Assembly: GCA_012295275.1 (NCBI GenBank)
Contig: CM022679.1
Coordinates: 23,250,001-23,314,000 of the forward strand
Source of the DNA: Chrysomallon squamiferum
Taxonomy: Eukaryota > Animalia > Mollusca
Direction: 5' to 3'
DNA: 64,000 bases
Positions 1 to 31,723 of this stretch are shown here, one piece after another. The notes under the pieces were generated by a model, which was given only the letters and a program-made list of their open reading frames with translations, did no database searches and was not told where the DNA came from. A program made the position numbers and the translations under genes. Positions within the stretch are counted from its first letter, which is position 1; the number at the start of each line of letters is the position of its first letter.

Positions 1-355
1 ATTGATCATTGTATATTATAATGTAATAATTAGTTTGTAAAATCGCCAGAGAAAACTAAACAATCACCTGAGTTTATTTTGGGCTCTTTTATTCGATAAA
101 TCAAAGATTCTTTGTAATACGCTCTATGAACAGTTTAAATTCATTAATTTCTTTTAGTCTTTCTCATTTTGCTTCCAAAAACGGCAGGGCCATTAAAATT
201 CATTAACTTAACATGTGACATTTCCAAAAAGTGAACTATTAAAGCAGTAATGTATATTTATGGCTTTCATTTCACGATCATTGATTTTTGTTTTCTACAT
301 TATTAAAATTTTATTCATAGAAAAATTAAGCTGGAACAAAATTATTTTATCTGAT

Positions 356-447
<92 letters not shown>

Positions 448-707
448 GGACATAGTGATGGATAAAAGATGATGATGGTATTGATCTTCGTAATGATGAT
501 GTATGAGGTGGTTTTGATAACGATGATGATGATGATGTCGGTTATGATTACTATGATAACAAAATAATAAGTTACAATTGCAGTATCCTATTATAAAACA
601 AATCTAAAAATTGATTTTATTCTAGAGCATTTATATTTATTTTTATTTTTTATTATTTATTTATTTATTTATATATTTTTTTCATTTATATATCACAAAA
701 GAAGTCG

Positions 708-748
<41 letters not shown>

Positions 749-2601
749 AGTGTATGTACTGTTAAATGGATTTTGAGAGATCTATTTATCGACGTAGTTT
801 GTGTTACTTATGGTCCTTTTGTAAAGTTTTAAAGCCGTGAAAAAGTGAGAGCAATGAAGTATACAACAACCATAAACAATAAGAACAAAACCTGTTGTTA
901 TCCGATTGAAAAAAAAAAAAAAAAAAAAGAAATAGACCATGTAGATATATTACTCCCTGACTCGACTAAAAGCATTCCACTTTGTCTGAAATTGCTCCCC
1001 TTGGAAATAACTTGAAAATTTCAAACAGTGATTCTGATTCCTTCTCTGCGTCAAGCTTAAGAAACGCGTGATATATATTAATGTTATCATTTGTTATCGT
1101 AATTACAATATTAGAACGCTACCAAAAATACTGCACGACGCAGGCCTTGGAATGATGATGATGATGATGATAGGAAGAAGAAGAAAACGTAGGACATGAA
1201 AAGATGATAATTTATATACATCTGTATTTTGAACTATATATATATATTAGTTGTTTTTTTATTTGTTTCTTTTTAGATCATTTTTTTCTTCTTTTTTTTT
1301 CTTTTTTATTGTATTTTATTTTATTTTTATATTTATTTTATTTTATATTTATTTATTTTATTATTATTATTATTTTATTTTTTTTTTTATTTTTTATTTT
1401 TTTTTTTTTTTTTTTTCACTTCACATATTTGTGTTCATATCTTTCTTTTATTTTTATACTTTTGTTTTACTTTTTTCTTCCTTCTTTTTTATCTTTTTTA
1501 TTTTTTGTTTGTTTCTTTCTTTCTTTTTCTTTCTATGTTTAGCAACTACACGCAGATGCTTATTTAATAATTTAGTACTTACATTCTACGTAAATCTATA
1601 AAGCTTTCAGTGTGTTTATATTTTCTAATTCTATTTTTGTTCCTTTGTTCAGCAAGCAGGAACAAAATAGCATCGACATAAATCTTTCACATAAAGTTTG
1701 TTTAAATAACACTAATGTTCTGATACCAATTCAGTCCTGCTTGAATTAATAGGATAATACTTGCGTATGGCAAAGGTATATTTAAATAACTGTAATCTCA
1801 TGCTTTTAAATCGCGTTTTTAATAATACGTTTTGAACTTATGCCTGTAGAGGCCTCTTTATAAAGCATAATAAAAGTCAATCCTATAATCACACGTTTAA
1901 AGTGTTATTTTCGTAATAATTAGAAATAGTTTTAATATGCTGTGAATATTTCTAGTTTAGGTTTTACTTTGTTGTTTTTGCTGTCCAGTTTTAATTAATA
2001 GTGAAGTACGAAGATAAAAAAAGAAAAGTACGTGTAATTTCTGAGCTTCTTTCAAAAATCATTTTTTTTTTAAAAGAAGGAAAGAAGGTACAAACATCAA
2101 TAACAATACTCTGTCCACCAGCTACGCGATGACGTCACAATTCGAGTTGTGAAGGGTAAAATAAAACCGTTCATGTGTTTTCTAATAGGCACGCGTTCAG
2201 CTTATGTCTGTAGGCCAACGCTTTAAACAGAAATTTTACACCACTGAAGGACAATTTTTTTTTTTTTTTTGAGTAATTTAGGCGACTTAATCAGATATAG
2301 TCATGTTTCAGAATAATGACGTAATAAATTAATATAAAAAGGTACTCAAATGCCTCTTTAGGCAGTACTGCACAGCATTTTGAAACTTGTATAAGTTTAT
2401 TTAAAGAACTGAATAAATATTAACGCGCAGGAAAATAGTCTTTAAATCATAGAGAAAATTTATAAGTAATATAATAATTGCTTATGGAAATAGTTTAACT
2501 GAAGCCAGTGTAGGCCTGACTTGACATAATTAAAAGCCCTGTTTAACTAACAGATGTTTTAAAATAAAATGTCCAACACATATTAATCAAAATGTTTTTA
2601 A

Positions 2602-2698
<97 letters not shown>

Positions 2699-3633
2699 AT
2701 GAATATTTTGTAACGTACACGTTTTTAACGAAAAAATGATCGGCACGCGGCAACAGGAACATTTAAGACTAAAACTGTCAATTCATGCCCACAAATGCCT
2801 ATTAAAGCAACATATCGAAAAAACACGAGTTTCAGTGATACGGTAAAGTCGATAGAGGCTAGTGTAAAGAGTAATAGAACCAATTTGCACTGTTAAAAGC
2901 CTGTTTAAATAACAAAATAAAGTAACGATGTAAAAAAATGTCCTGGGAGAGTGAACAAGTTCATACCACTAATACTCCCAAGTAGTGTCTGTCAAACTGC
3001 ATGACGAATGGATCCAGAAAAACGGAAATAAGCCACTTAATGAAACCTAGGCGACAACGTTGTGTTGTTTTGTGGTTTTAATTGATTCATGGAGGAATGA
3101 TAAAAAATAAAAAATAATAATAAAAAATGAAAAAATAAAATAAAAAAGGGAAAGGAAAAGAAATAAAAGAGATGATATTCAATATCTGTGTAAAACATTC
3201 TCTTGTTAACTCAGTAAAAGTCCACATTTGTTTCTTTTTTCATTTTTTCATTTTTATATCCTTTCTTTCTTTCTTTTTCTTTTTGCTTTATTAATTTCCT
3301 TCTGATCTGGGCAAGTCCCTTCCGATTTATTTTCCTTTTCACTGAAAATAACTGCATGATTTGAAGTGTTCTGAAAAGATATCTTTTGAGAAATTAGTGT
3401 TACTTTCTTCTTAATTATGTATGTAATGATTCCTTTGTAACTGATTCTAGAGAAAAAGATATATATAGATATATGTAGTAAACTGATTTAAACAACAAAG
3501 TAATTATGGATAATATGGTCTATTTCTCTGATATAATTGTCCGTATCTATGGAAGCACGATATATTATATTATTCAGGTGTTTTAAGACACATTAGCTCC
3601 AAAATCATATTGTTTCAAAATGTTAATTTTCTT

Positions 3634-3722
<89 letters not shown>

Positions 3723-5411
3723 GTTATGCAATATTTCTGTAGTGTTCTAATCTTAGAATGACTCAGAAATTAAAGCACTTGTCTCTGTAGATAACTTGGT
3801 CTTCACGATCGAATCCTCAGGGGGAAAAATATCAAAACAGTTCGATATTTGCTAAGTTTGCATTTTACCTATGTCCGAAATACATACATATGTCCGAAAT
3901 TCGTAATGTGGGTGGTAAATAATGTTTGTTCGTTTCTTTATTTCTTCGTTTCGTTACTTGTTTATAATGATTATGATATTTTTTATCTTGTTTCATTGTG
4001 GTTGTTATTATCATATTGTACATTTTATTGGTTATTGATTTAACAAAAATAGTTGGTCCCCAGATCACTCATTTCTCTGCGAATAGATCCTGTTTGTTTT
4101 TCTTTTTCTTTAAAACATTTAAAACTTACAACAACAAAAAAAATGTTTGTATACCAGTTTCCTAGTTACTGATTAACAGTTAACTATTAGTTACAATATT
4201 CCAAATAAAAATACACGTGTTATCTGTTCCGTAGGCAAACAAATTAGGAAAGTTTAAATTATAAAACAATAAATGTTATTGCACTGTGATCCTCATTGTC
4301 ATATCTGGCCATACTCTTGTAATTATATCCTTTAATATCTGTTGATTCTGTTTTTATTTAGTTATTTAGTTAGTTAGTTAGTTATATTCTTTCTTTCTTT
4401 GTTTCCTCTTTTTTCTTTCTTTTTTTTTCTTCCATCTTCTAAACAAACGCTCTAGAAGAATTGCTGTAGATTAGTTAGTACCAGCATAATGTTAAAGACA
4501 GTTTTCAAAAACACAAACAACTATGTTAAAATGTAGGATATCGCCTACCAGTGTGAAAGATAAATCAGCCGGTGTCGAACGTTTGGGAATTCTTGCTGTG
4601 GGAACGTATTGTGTTTGTTATTAATGCAGAACCGTCATCACTCGAACGTTTCTGATTTCTCTGCAGGCCTCGACTGAGATTAAAAGAAGTCAGGTCTTCA
4701 TCGCGTAGAGCCGAGACGCGGGTTCCAGTTATGACAGGTTCTGGTTATTCTGTCACATCGCGAATCCCATTAATCTGCAGAATTCCATTCGTAGTCTCTG
4801 CAGAGACAGTAATCCCGCAGTAATTCTGTTTTCGGAAATGTAATGAAAAAGCAATGGGATGAATAGCATTAATTACTGATTTCTTGTTCTTCAAAATTAA
4901 TTGAAGAAAAAAAAAAAAAAAAAAAAAGTACTCAATGTCCGATAGATTGAGTTATAATGAAGGTGGAAGCGTTCTCAATTTCTAGATGAATTTATTTCAT
5001 TAAAAAAAAAGGGTCTGTTGATATTTCAGAAATGTTAATAATGTCTTCGTTTTGTTCAATAAATATGAGTTAAGAACAATATGATGACAGAGAGTAATGA
5101 ATTAATGAATTAATGGATGAATTTGTAAGCTTAATGACTTAATGAATAAATTAATATAGAGCTAAGTAAATAATAATTAACTGTTTTTAGATAGATCAAT
5201 TCACATACACATTAATATAGTTATATATACAAGATACATATATCTATTCATATATTTATATATTCATATATATACATATTTATTTATATATTTATATATA
5301 CTATATATATACATATACACGTTCATATATTTAGATATACACAAACATATACCCACAAATATAAAACATGGATGCATAGATGAAAGCATGGTCATCATAT
5401 ATCCATCCATC

Positions 5412-5442
<31 letters not shown>

Positions 5443-6082
5443 TATATACGTATAAACACATACATATATACATGCAATCATACATGTACAGATACAAAAA
5501 CATACACACACATGCATACATGAAATTTTGTCAAGAAATCATTTTTGATTTATTGCATCCATTTATTTCAGGATTATTTCGCTACCAGTTATCTAAATAT
5601 TTATTGCTTCCGCTGAAAAAAAAAAACCAAAACTACAAATTAGAAAAAATATTTATCATCTTTTATTCTTTCTTGTTCGTTATTAAATAAAAAAAAATAT
5701 ATATATTTCATAACCTTACATGCATTTGTCATTCTCTCATTTCAGAGTCGCCTTGTTAAAAGAAAAAAACTAAAGAAGAAAGAAGAAATCTGTAGCAAGA
5801 AATGAACTGCCAAGGCAGAGAGGAACATAATACGAGTAATGACAGGAAATTCCATCAAAGTGACTTTTATCTGTTATATCCTGTTTGCAGTTAACACATC
5901 AAAGCACCAAATACATCGAAATCTGAGGACGACAAGACTGATTTTATTTCACTGAAACTGAATAAATTTAAATAGGTGGATAGAGGAAATTAAAAAAAAA
6001 AAAATAATAAAAAAAAAAAACAAGCTAATACAAATAATTAAATAACAGAATTCCCGCAATTACTTGTGAACACCTGCTGAAG

Positions 6083-23041
<16,959 letters not shown>

Positions 23042-25010
23042 ATATGAGCAAGTCCGGTGGCGATGTCAGCGGTTAATTATATGGGGCGTCAACGAGATGA
23101 TGTCATCATAACTAAAGGCGTGTAAGCACATTGACGTCATAATCGTTCTGAGTATCTACGATGAATGAACAAGACGTCATCACACGGTGACCTTTCAGTT
23201 GCCGTGGAATTAAAAGCATTCTGAAAGCTGTTTTACTGGGCATTCTGTAATCCAGTGTATTTATTATTGTGAAAAGAATGAAAACTACTCAGTCAGTACA
23301 AACAGGTTCTAGACGTGTCAGTAACAATTACGATAAATGGAAACATGATATCTTTGAAACAGCGTGCTAGCTTGTTACCATTTTCATACATAATATTACA
23401 GAGACCAGTCTACTGATGTTTTACGAATTATAAACATATAGTGCTTGCATCAGCTTACTATTTAGCTTTGGCACTAAATAAAAATAAATGGCTTATGCGA
23501 AATTGGAATGAATGTACATGTTCAGTAACTCTCATTTAATCTTAGCATTGTTACAAGTACGTATTAATTTATATATATACTAGATACATTATCTCACAGA
23601 TTATGTACAAGAATAACATCCGACATGCACACAATGGGATGTTTTATCAGGAATAAAATGGATATTTTTATAGATAAGTGCCATCTTCTATGGAATTTAA
23701 AAAGTATACGAACATATTAATTCTTTGCCACAATAAACCGTCAAAGTAATATCGGCGCCACATTTAATAATTCTGCTAAGAACTATTTTTCATATTCCCA
23801 GTGTATTTAGATTTGTTGTGCAAAGAAAAAGGTAAAAATTTAATTTACGTGACAGATGAACATTAAAAATATTTTCTCTTTTAACAAATAAATGAAGTAC
23901 AGTCAAAAACACCTTACGAATATATATATTATTATTGCATTATATATGTGCATTTGCATTCACTCCATAGTAATTGCATAACTAATGGTACACTTACACA
24001 CATATGTATATGCGTGTATGTATATTTATATATATATATATGGATGAATAAAGCACTACTATATTTATGGCGCCTGTCTTTAAGAAAACAAGCAAATAAA
24101 AAATAATAAATTACTTCAGTTGTCTTTCATACACTTTTTCAGAATTTCTCATCATATTCAACATTAACTGCAGGCCAGTTTATGCATGTAATGTCAGATG
24201 AAATGTTTTCTTCTTTTTTAATTTCTCTATTTCATTATAATTAACAGAATGTAATTATTTGTAAATAAATGTATAATGAGTCGGTGTGTGGATATTGATA
24301 AACATTCATTTAGTTTGTATTCTTATGGTTAGATGCTTTTAAAATGATCCGCCATATGCTAAACTGGTATAGTGGACTTTAAAAACAAATGAACGCTGTA
24401 TTAAAGGGACGTTACTCTATTTCAAAAATTATATTAATTGTCTGTTGAAAATTATTCTTACAAAGCCTAATATTTATAACAAAGTATTAATTGATTAAGC
24501 TATTTAAACATTTTCTAACAAAATATAAGTAAATATTGTCTAAGGATATTTATCATAAAAAGCTTGTTTTCGCCTCTGTCTCTTTAGCCAACTAAATATA
24601 TCATTATATTTTGTTATATTTAACGGTAAAGGATTTAAAATTTTGACGAAAGGTTGGTTGGTGGGTTTTTTGGAGTGACTCTTCTTTACTCCTGTTTTTT
24701 TTTTATATATATATATCATCAGAATTTAAAAAAAAAAATTACGATGAAAACAAATTACCTTTAACAAAAAAATTGATTACAAAATGGAAAACGAATAAAT
24801 AATCCTACTAAGGAAAACAATCTATATGTTTAATGTATATAGTGTGTTCTCGTAAAAATGAGAACATTTATATTTTTGTATTGTTAGCTTCGAAGTAAAG
24901 GTTATACACCATCATGGTAACTAAGTATGCAGGATAACATCATCTCATACAGAAATGGTAGTGGATGTACTTAGCCACTGAAGTTGTCGTTGTTGTTTTC
25001 CCTTTTCATG

Positions 25011-25052
<42 letters not shown>

Positions 25053-25098
25053 GTATATTGTTACATTCGGCTGGAAAAATGTTTCATATTCTTAATCG

Positions 25099-25194
<96 letters not shown>

Positions 25195-25308
25195 CGCCAT
25201 TTCTTTTAACGATTGTATTTGAGGTTTTTAATACATTACATATAGCAACTTTCTGTGATGATATTAAGTGAACATTTTGAAGTGTTTTGTGATCTATTGT
25301 TATTGCTG

Positions 25309-25369
<61 letters not shown>

Positions 25370-28300
25370 CAACCTTTGAACACTGAATGGGCCAATAGTT
25401 CATGAAATAAATTGTAATAACTTCTCATTATCATGTCTGGTGATTTGTTTCATAATTTTATTAATATCTTCTTGTTCTTCTCTTTTGTTAAATCTGACGT
25501 GAGGCTCACTATTGAAACAAACTGTTATTAATAAAATAAAATAAATGTTTAATAATTAATGCTATTGCAAGCATTAGCCTTTTCATTTTGCTAATAGTAG
25601 CATTTGACTGCCGTGTTATATAATCTTCATGTATTAAAAAAAAAATGGTGATCTTCTGAAATAGTTGCACATAACCTAAATGATAATATAATAGGTTATC
25701 AACGGGAAAGATCCAAGACTTTAAGAAATCATATAACCCAGACACCCACTATTTACTTTGCTGCTCCGCTCCTGAAATAATCTTCAGTATTATTTTGTGA
25801 TAAAGTTATCGTGTGACATACATGATCTCTATTGTTTTATTCTATCTTTTGAAGTAAATTATTAAAATAAAATTTTTCAAAAAATCAGAATTGTTCTGTC
25901 GTGAGTTATTTGCATCGTGCTCATTGTTATCATCATGAGTATGATTATTATTATTATTGCTGCTGCTGTTGTTGCTGCTGTTGCAGTTGTAATAACATTA
26001 TTTTGAGGAATATATGAAAAATCAAAGGATATTTCCCTAAGCATGAGTATAATTATAGTACTAGTATGTTTGTATGTGTGTATGTGTATGTGTGTGTTGT
26101 GTGTGTGTGTTTGTGTGTGTTGTGTGTGTGTGTGTTTTTATGCTTGAATTTTACAGTTGATGTACTTAGGAAACAGTCTTGGATAAGCGAAATCCATTGT
26201 ATGACAGTACTCCTGATTTAGTAGAATGTAATACAGTGACGTAACGTAAACGTTTGAAATCACGTAATAACCAAGAACGATAAGCAATGTACAGGCACGT
26301 TTTCATAGCTGGATTGTGTATTTGATTTCATTTGATTTGGGTTAACAAGCTGGCTTCTTCGGTATATATAGATAGATAGATGTATAAATAATAAATAATT
26401 TAAAAAGAAAATAATAATAATTATAATAATAATAATAATAATAAAATCAAGAACAACAATTCTTGTGATTTTCTGTACGGTTATAATAATGTGGTTGTCT
26501 CCCTTTATGAAACCGTTTCTAATTATTTTGATGTGTTTAAAGGATACCAGTACGAGCCCAGAAAGCATAGAAACTGATACATCATTCTTTCTTTTTTCTT
26601 TCTTTCTTTTTTAATCTTATTACAATAAATACCTTTTCTGAAATAAATAAATATGGACAATTAGAATATTTTAATATCTGCTTATTTTATTAGATAACAT
26701 AAAATAAGTAATTAAAAACGAAATGCCATTCATTTATCTACTTTATACACATATGGAATTTAATGTATTTTATTCTATTTTTATATTTCTTCATAAAAAT
26801 AGAAAACGACAGCATTTCTCAAATAATTATTACTACAGTATTTTTCTTTATTTATTTCTTTCTTTTAAATACGATATGGAAATTTATATAGGATGCTTTC
26901 TGATTATATATATACTTTTTATTTTTACTGCTTCTTTTGTTATTTATATATTTATTTTCGTGTTTGTTGTTTTATTCGAATTTTTTTTTTTCTTTTTTAT
27001 CTTTTGGTATCACTAAGTAATTTAAATTTATTTTTGATCATTGTGACGAACTAATGTTAACCTAACAGCTGTTTGCAAATACGTGCATGTCTGACGTTTT
27101 GTACAGTAACACAACATCGAGTCACTTTTATTAATCTGCTAAGAGATATTAACCGAAACAGCATTGTGTTAAGATGTGCATATTTATAAATTATTGACAC
27201 AACAACAACAACAATAACAATACTAATAATAATCGTAATAATAATAATAATAATAATAATAATAGATGCGTTCTGGTTATTCTATTATATTTATTTGTTT
27301 GTTTGATTCTTTTCTTCTTCTTTCTTCTTCTTCTTCTTTCTTCTTCTTCTTTTTTTTCTTATCATGTCTTTGCGGATCACAAAGTAATTAAAACTTATTT
27401 TATGATCATTAAGGAAGAGCTGGTGTTACCTAACAGCTATCTGCAAATACATGCATGTCTGACGTTTTGTATTAATCGATACTTTTTTATAAATTTTTTT
27501 ACCACAAACTATCATGTGAAACAATAACCATAGTGCAGAAACAGCACGACTTTATCGCCTGCATGTGTCATTTCGAATATTTAATCATCTCAGATAATAA
27601 GATTACAAACTGCAGCGGTTCAAGATCAGCTGAGTTGTTATAAATAATAAAAATAATACCAAAAAGAATGTCAAAAACACCAAAAAAATCAAGAAGGAAA
27701 TAAAATTGAAATGTTACGTTACATTTGGTTGAAATGGAAGATTAATTTTTAGTGTTGTTAACATTACCTGACATTAAGTAGATTGTTGTAATATTTAATT
27801 TAATATTATCTGAAACATGTAAAATCTGTAAGTATAGTTGTTATACGATATCAGCTAACGAATTCAAGAAATTCAAATACAATTATATTCATCACTGAAA
27901 TGTCTAACGTACGCAGCTTTTCTTTATCAATAACGTTTATAGTTTTATCAGCAATATATTTTGGCTTATGTTCTTTTTCCGTACGTCCACTTTCTGTTTG
28001 GGGCTAATAGAAGGATGTACCTAAGAAAATCACTCAGGGCTTTTAAAGGTATTTTACATCATTAACTTTAGTGCTCTACCCTTCACACATACACCATCAG
28101 CATCACTGCGGTATATAATCTACAGACTTTTTCATTAAAAAAAGAAAACTTTATTTTTTGTTTTTTTTTCTGCTGCACAACAAATGCCTAAAAGTCAGAT
28201 ATGCATAACTGTAATATCCTCTTATCAAAGTGCAAATGCAATGTATGGATACAAATGAACTTGAAACGAGGAAGTGAATGAAAGGAAATAATGAGGACCA

Positions 28301-28419
28301 TCATAATGGTCATCGTATTATCCACATCGCTGGCCACTGCTGTGCGTTGCATCATCATGATGCTGTTTCGTACTGTTCAAGCTTGTCAAATATCCTGTGG
28401 TTATCCCCACTAAATTCTG

Positions 28420-28454
28420 TATATAAACCAGGCAGTTACCCAACGTTTTCAGTT
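28420..28454 (+). promoter_or_regulatory. TATA box + initiator of gene A1 (also at 39126 and 49439)
   Basis: TATATAAA at 28420-28427 and TCAGTT Inr with A at 28451 (31 nt spacing). The ATG lies 56 nt further on. Confidence 0.75.
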
Positions 28455-28506
28455 ACTTCCACACACCACTACCAACGAATCGAACACAGAAGTTTCAACT
28501 GACAAG

Positions 28507-29337
28507 ATGAAGTACATTAGCTGTTTTCTTTTAGGTATGATGCTAACTCTTTCAATTTCGATACATAATTATTTTTAAATATCTGTTATGTTGTTGTTGT
28601 TGTTTTCTCATTTAATTTATTTGATTTGATTTTATAAATAAATAGTTTTATTAAATAATATTTTGTTATTACATGGCTAGTAACTAACTGAATGATAAAT
28701 ATTTTTGTTTGTCATTTGTTTGTTTTTTATTGTTGTTTTTTTTTGGGGGGAGGGGGACGGGTTTGTTGTTGTGTTTTAATACATGGCCAGAAAATTACTA
28801 AAGACAAAATTTATAATTTAAACATCTAAATTATTACAATGAATGATTTTATTGTAATCTAGTGTATGATAGTATACAATCAGAAAAGAGCAAAGTACAA
28901 GACTATGCAATCCAGTTGAATACAATACGATATATTGCATTACAATAGAGCAACAATATGATACGATAACAATCCAAAGAGTGCAATAGCAAATACACTA
29001 CCATTTATTATTTAATTTTAATTGTTTTGTTTCTTTTGGATTTTTTTTTTACTATTGTTATTCATTTTATCTTTTTGCAGTCCTTTTATTACTCTCATTC
29101 TTCCGAGCATCAAATACTCACGGACACGGTCACGGCGGTCATGGACATGGTCACGGTGGTCACGGACATGGTCACGGTGGTCACGGTCACGGTGGACATG
29201 GATATGGTGGTCATGGATATGGTGGTCATGGACATGGTCATGGCGGACACGGACATGGTCACGGTGGTCACGGACATGGTCACGGCGGTCACGGACACGG
29301 TGGACACGGACATGGTGGTCATGGACATCACGGATAG
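28507..29337 (+). CDS. Gene A1: secreted His/Gly-rich peptide precursor, 94 aa
   Basis: Exons 28507-28534 (G|gtatga) and 29081-29337 (tgcag|). Encodes MKYISCFLLVLLLLSFFRASNT + 72 aa of HGHGHGG/HGHGG/HGYGG repeats ending HGHHG*. Confidence 0.88.
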
Positions 29338-30146
29338 AATGTAAAAGTGCACAGAGTTCATTATTTGATTAATTTAGCGTTATATAATTTAGTTCCTTTC
29401 ATAAACTGACAGAACTTTAGTTAAAAACAGTCAAAAGTGGATTTTAAAAATAAAATGAATAATTAAGTAGCAAAAGAAAATATATAAGACATATCTCAAT
29501 CAAATATCTCAAATGTGTTTACATTTACTGGAGGCTCAAGCAGGAAACACAAAGCTTAAAACAATGTTAAAGGATTATAGGATTAATAAAGTAAGAGACG
29601 GCAAATTCAACATGTTTTACATGTATAAAAATACGATTAAATAAAAAATAGATGTTTCTGATTATTCTTTTTTTTTTTTTTTTTTTTTTTTTCATCTTTT
29701 ATTTCAGGATTACATCCATAAGTTACTTCTAAATCACCCAAACGATCAATGGTTGTGCTGGCTGCAACCTGTACTGAAACAATTTTGCAAATAAAGTTCA
29801 TAACTATACAAACTGTTATCAGATATTCATCATTTTCACATCATCACTATTTACTGGTTTGGTTGTTGTTACTGTTGTTGTGTGATGTTGTTCTTTTTCT
29901 TTTTTTATTACTGTTATTGGTAGTAGCAGTAGTAGTAATAGTAGTAGTTGTAGCAGTAGTAGTTGTTGTTGTAGTAGTGGTGGTAGTAGTAGTAGTTGTT
30001 GCTGTTGTAATATTAATTACGCCTTACTAATTTTTGACATTCTTGCATGAAAACATGAACTATAGGAAACAGTTTCATTTCTTCTAAAGATTCTATATAT
30101 TTAACTTAGTTGTTAATTTGTAATTAATTTAAATTTTAATTTATCT

Positions 30147-30213
<67 letters not shown>

Positions 30214-30963
30214 ACACATATATATTTGAAATTCCTTTGAAATTTCTCCCTAAAATGATGATAACGGATTTTATCTGCTGGAATACCATTATTAAAAATG
30301 ATGTATGATTAACATTTTATAATATTACAGTCACAGGTATTTAAGATAAATATCTCGGCTGTTTTTTTTTTTTTTTTTTTCTCCACAGATTTATGCTGTC
30401 AAAATGAAATTGACAACGATATAAATCTACGTTAAAAACCTAAAACTAGTCAAGATGATATATACCAAACTTTTATATTTTAAGATGTAACCTTCTACTA
30501 CGGTTAGCAAAAATGTCTCCCAAGATTGATAAACGATATGCTAAAAAGATATAAGAATTAAATTATAACTGTTAATTTGGTCTATTTACACAGATTTTAA
30601 TTTTTTATGATTTAATTTCTTTCTCACTGACTGAACGATTCATTGATGATGATGAATTATGATTTATTTTTTTATTTATTTTTATTGTTATAATCATTAT
30701 CATTATACTTTTGTTATTATTATTATTATTATTATACTTTTGTGTAATTTTCTATTGATTTGTTTCGGAATTTTTATATATTAATTTATTTTCATTTACT
30801 ATCATTTGGTGAATAATAGTAACAGTGCACTACAACAAGAAGAACAACTCAGTTACTACAACTGCTACATCTACTACCACTACTTCTACAACTATTACTA
30901 CTACTACTAATAATAATAATAATAGTGATAACGAAAATTGTTAAAAGAAATGGCGTTATACGT

Positions 30964-31053
<90 letters not shown>

Positions 31054-31120
31054 CATTCTATGCATGTCAGAGAGATTTTTTGACACAGCGCATTGTACGC
31101 AAGTCGCCAAAACGTCACGT

Positions 31121-31325
31121 CAAAAGCATATTAAATATTACATAAAAAGAATATGAAATATTACATCAAAAGCATATTGAATATTACATAAAAAGAATAT
31201 GAAATATTACATCAAAAGCATATTGAATATTACATCAAAAGCATATTAAATATTACATCATAAGAATATGTAATATTACATCAAAAGAATATGTAATATT
31301 ACATCAAAAGCATATGAAATATTAA
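31121..31325 (+). repeat. 23-bp minisatellite (8 full + 1 partial copies) in the B1 promoter; also ~41821-42025 and ~51685-51915
   Basis: Unit caaaagcatattgaatattacat. ATTACAT recurs at 31137 + 23n. Confidence 0.9.
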
Positions 31326-31393
31326 TATTAAATATTAAACACAAAAAAATAAAAATAAGTTCATAAAATTGAATATCACTTCTACAAAGACTG

Positions 31394-31428
31394 TATATAA
31401 ACAAAACAATTCTAACTTAATTTCAGAG
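31394..31428 (+). promoter_or_regulatory. TATA box + initiator of gene B1 (also 42094, 51981; homologous 59114 for D; TACATAAA at 54393 for C)
   Basis: TATATAAA at 31394-31401 and TCAG Inr with A at 31425. ATG at 31469. Confidence 0.75.
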
Positions 31429-31468
31429 TACTGCAAGCCTTATACGACTAAACAGTAGACCTGTCAGA

Positions 31469-31685
31469 ATGAAATACTTCAGTCTTTACAGCATTGTGGC
31501 TATTGGTAAATATTATCCTGTGTTTTGATTGTAATTCATTGTTAAGTTTCCCAAACAGTTTATAAACGTCTCTAGATAGAAAATATAGAATTACTCAACG
31601 TGCATATTATTTGTAACTTAACAGAAGTTAAATTAACACAGTGAAGTACATTTATTGTTTTATCTTAGGTAAAATGCTAATTTTA

Positions 31686-31723
<38 letters not shown>

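Noticed and set aside
28396-28410. Runx (TGTGGTT) and GATA/kappaB-like (GGGGATAACC, minus strand) motifs next to the A TATA box
   Set aside because: These are short motifs and an imperfect kappaB match. They are suggestive of haemocyte or immune control but cannot be supported from sequence alone.
28278-28502. 74-aa His-containing ORF (MKGNNEDHHNGH...), repeated at 38984 and 49297
   Set aside because: It overlaps the TATA/Inr and 5' UTR of gene A and has no signal peptide or domain. Its recurrence is explained by the recent duplication.
29022-29372. Alternative-frame ORFs over the His/Gly repeats (SRWSRT, TDMVT, MTTMS; also at 39.7-40.1 kb and 59.8-60.2 kb)
   Set aside because: These are shadow frames of repetitive coding DNA. 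Only the His/Gly frame joins the signal-peptide exon and shows third-position variation.
25103-31050. Inverted pair (CT)n+taacgccatttcttttaac (~25190) and gttaaaagaaatggcgtta+(GA)n (~30940) flanking gene A, resembling TIRs
   Set aside because: The unique match is short, there is no TSD, and the right copy is absent in unit 3. It is more likely a small dispersed repeat than a transposon carrying gene A.
31121-31325. Regular 23-bp array considered as CRISPR-like
   Set aside because: It is a head-to-tail tandem repeat with no unique spacers, in a eukaryotic context with no cas genes.
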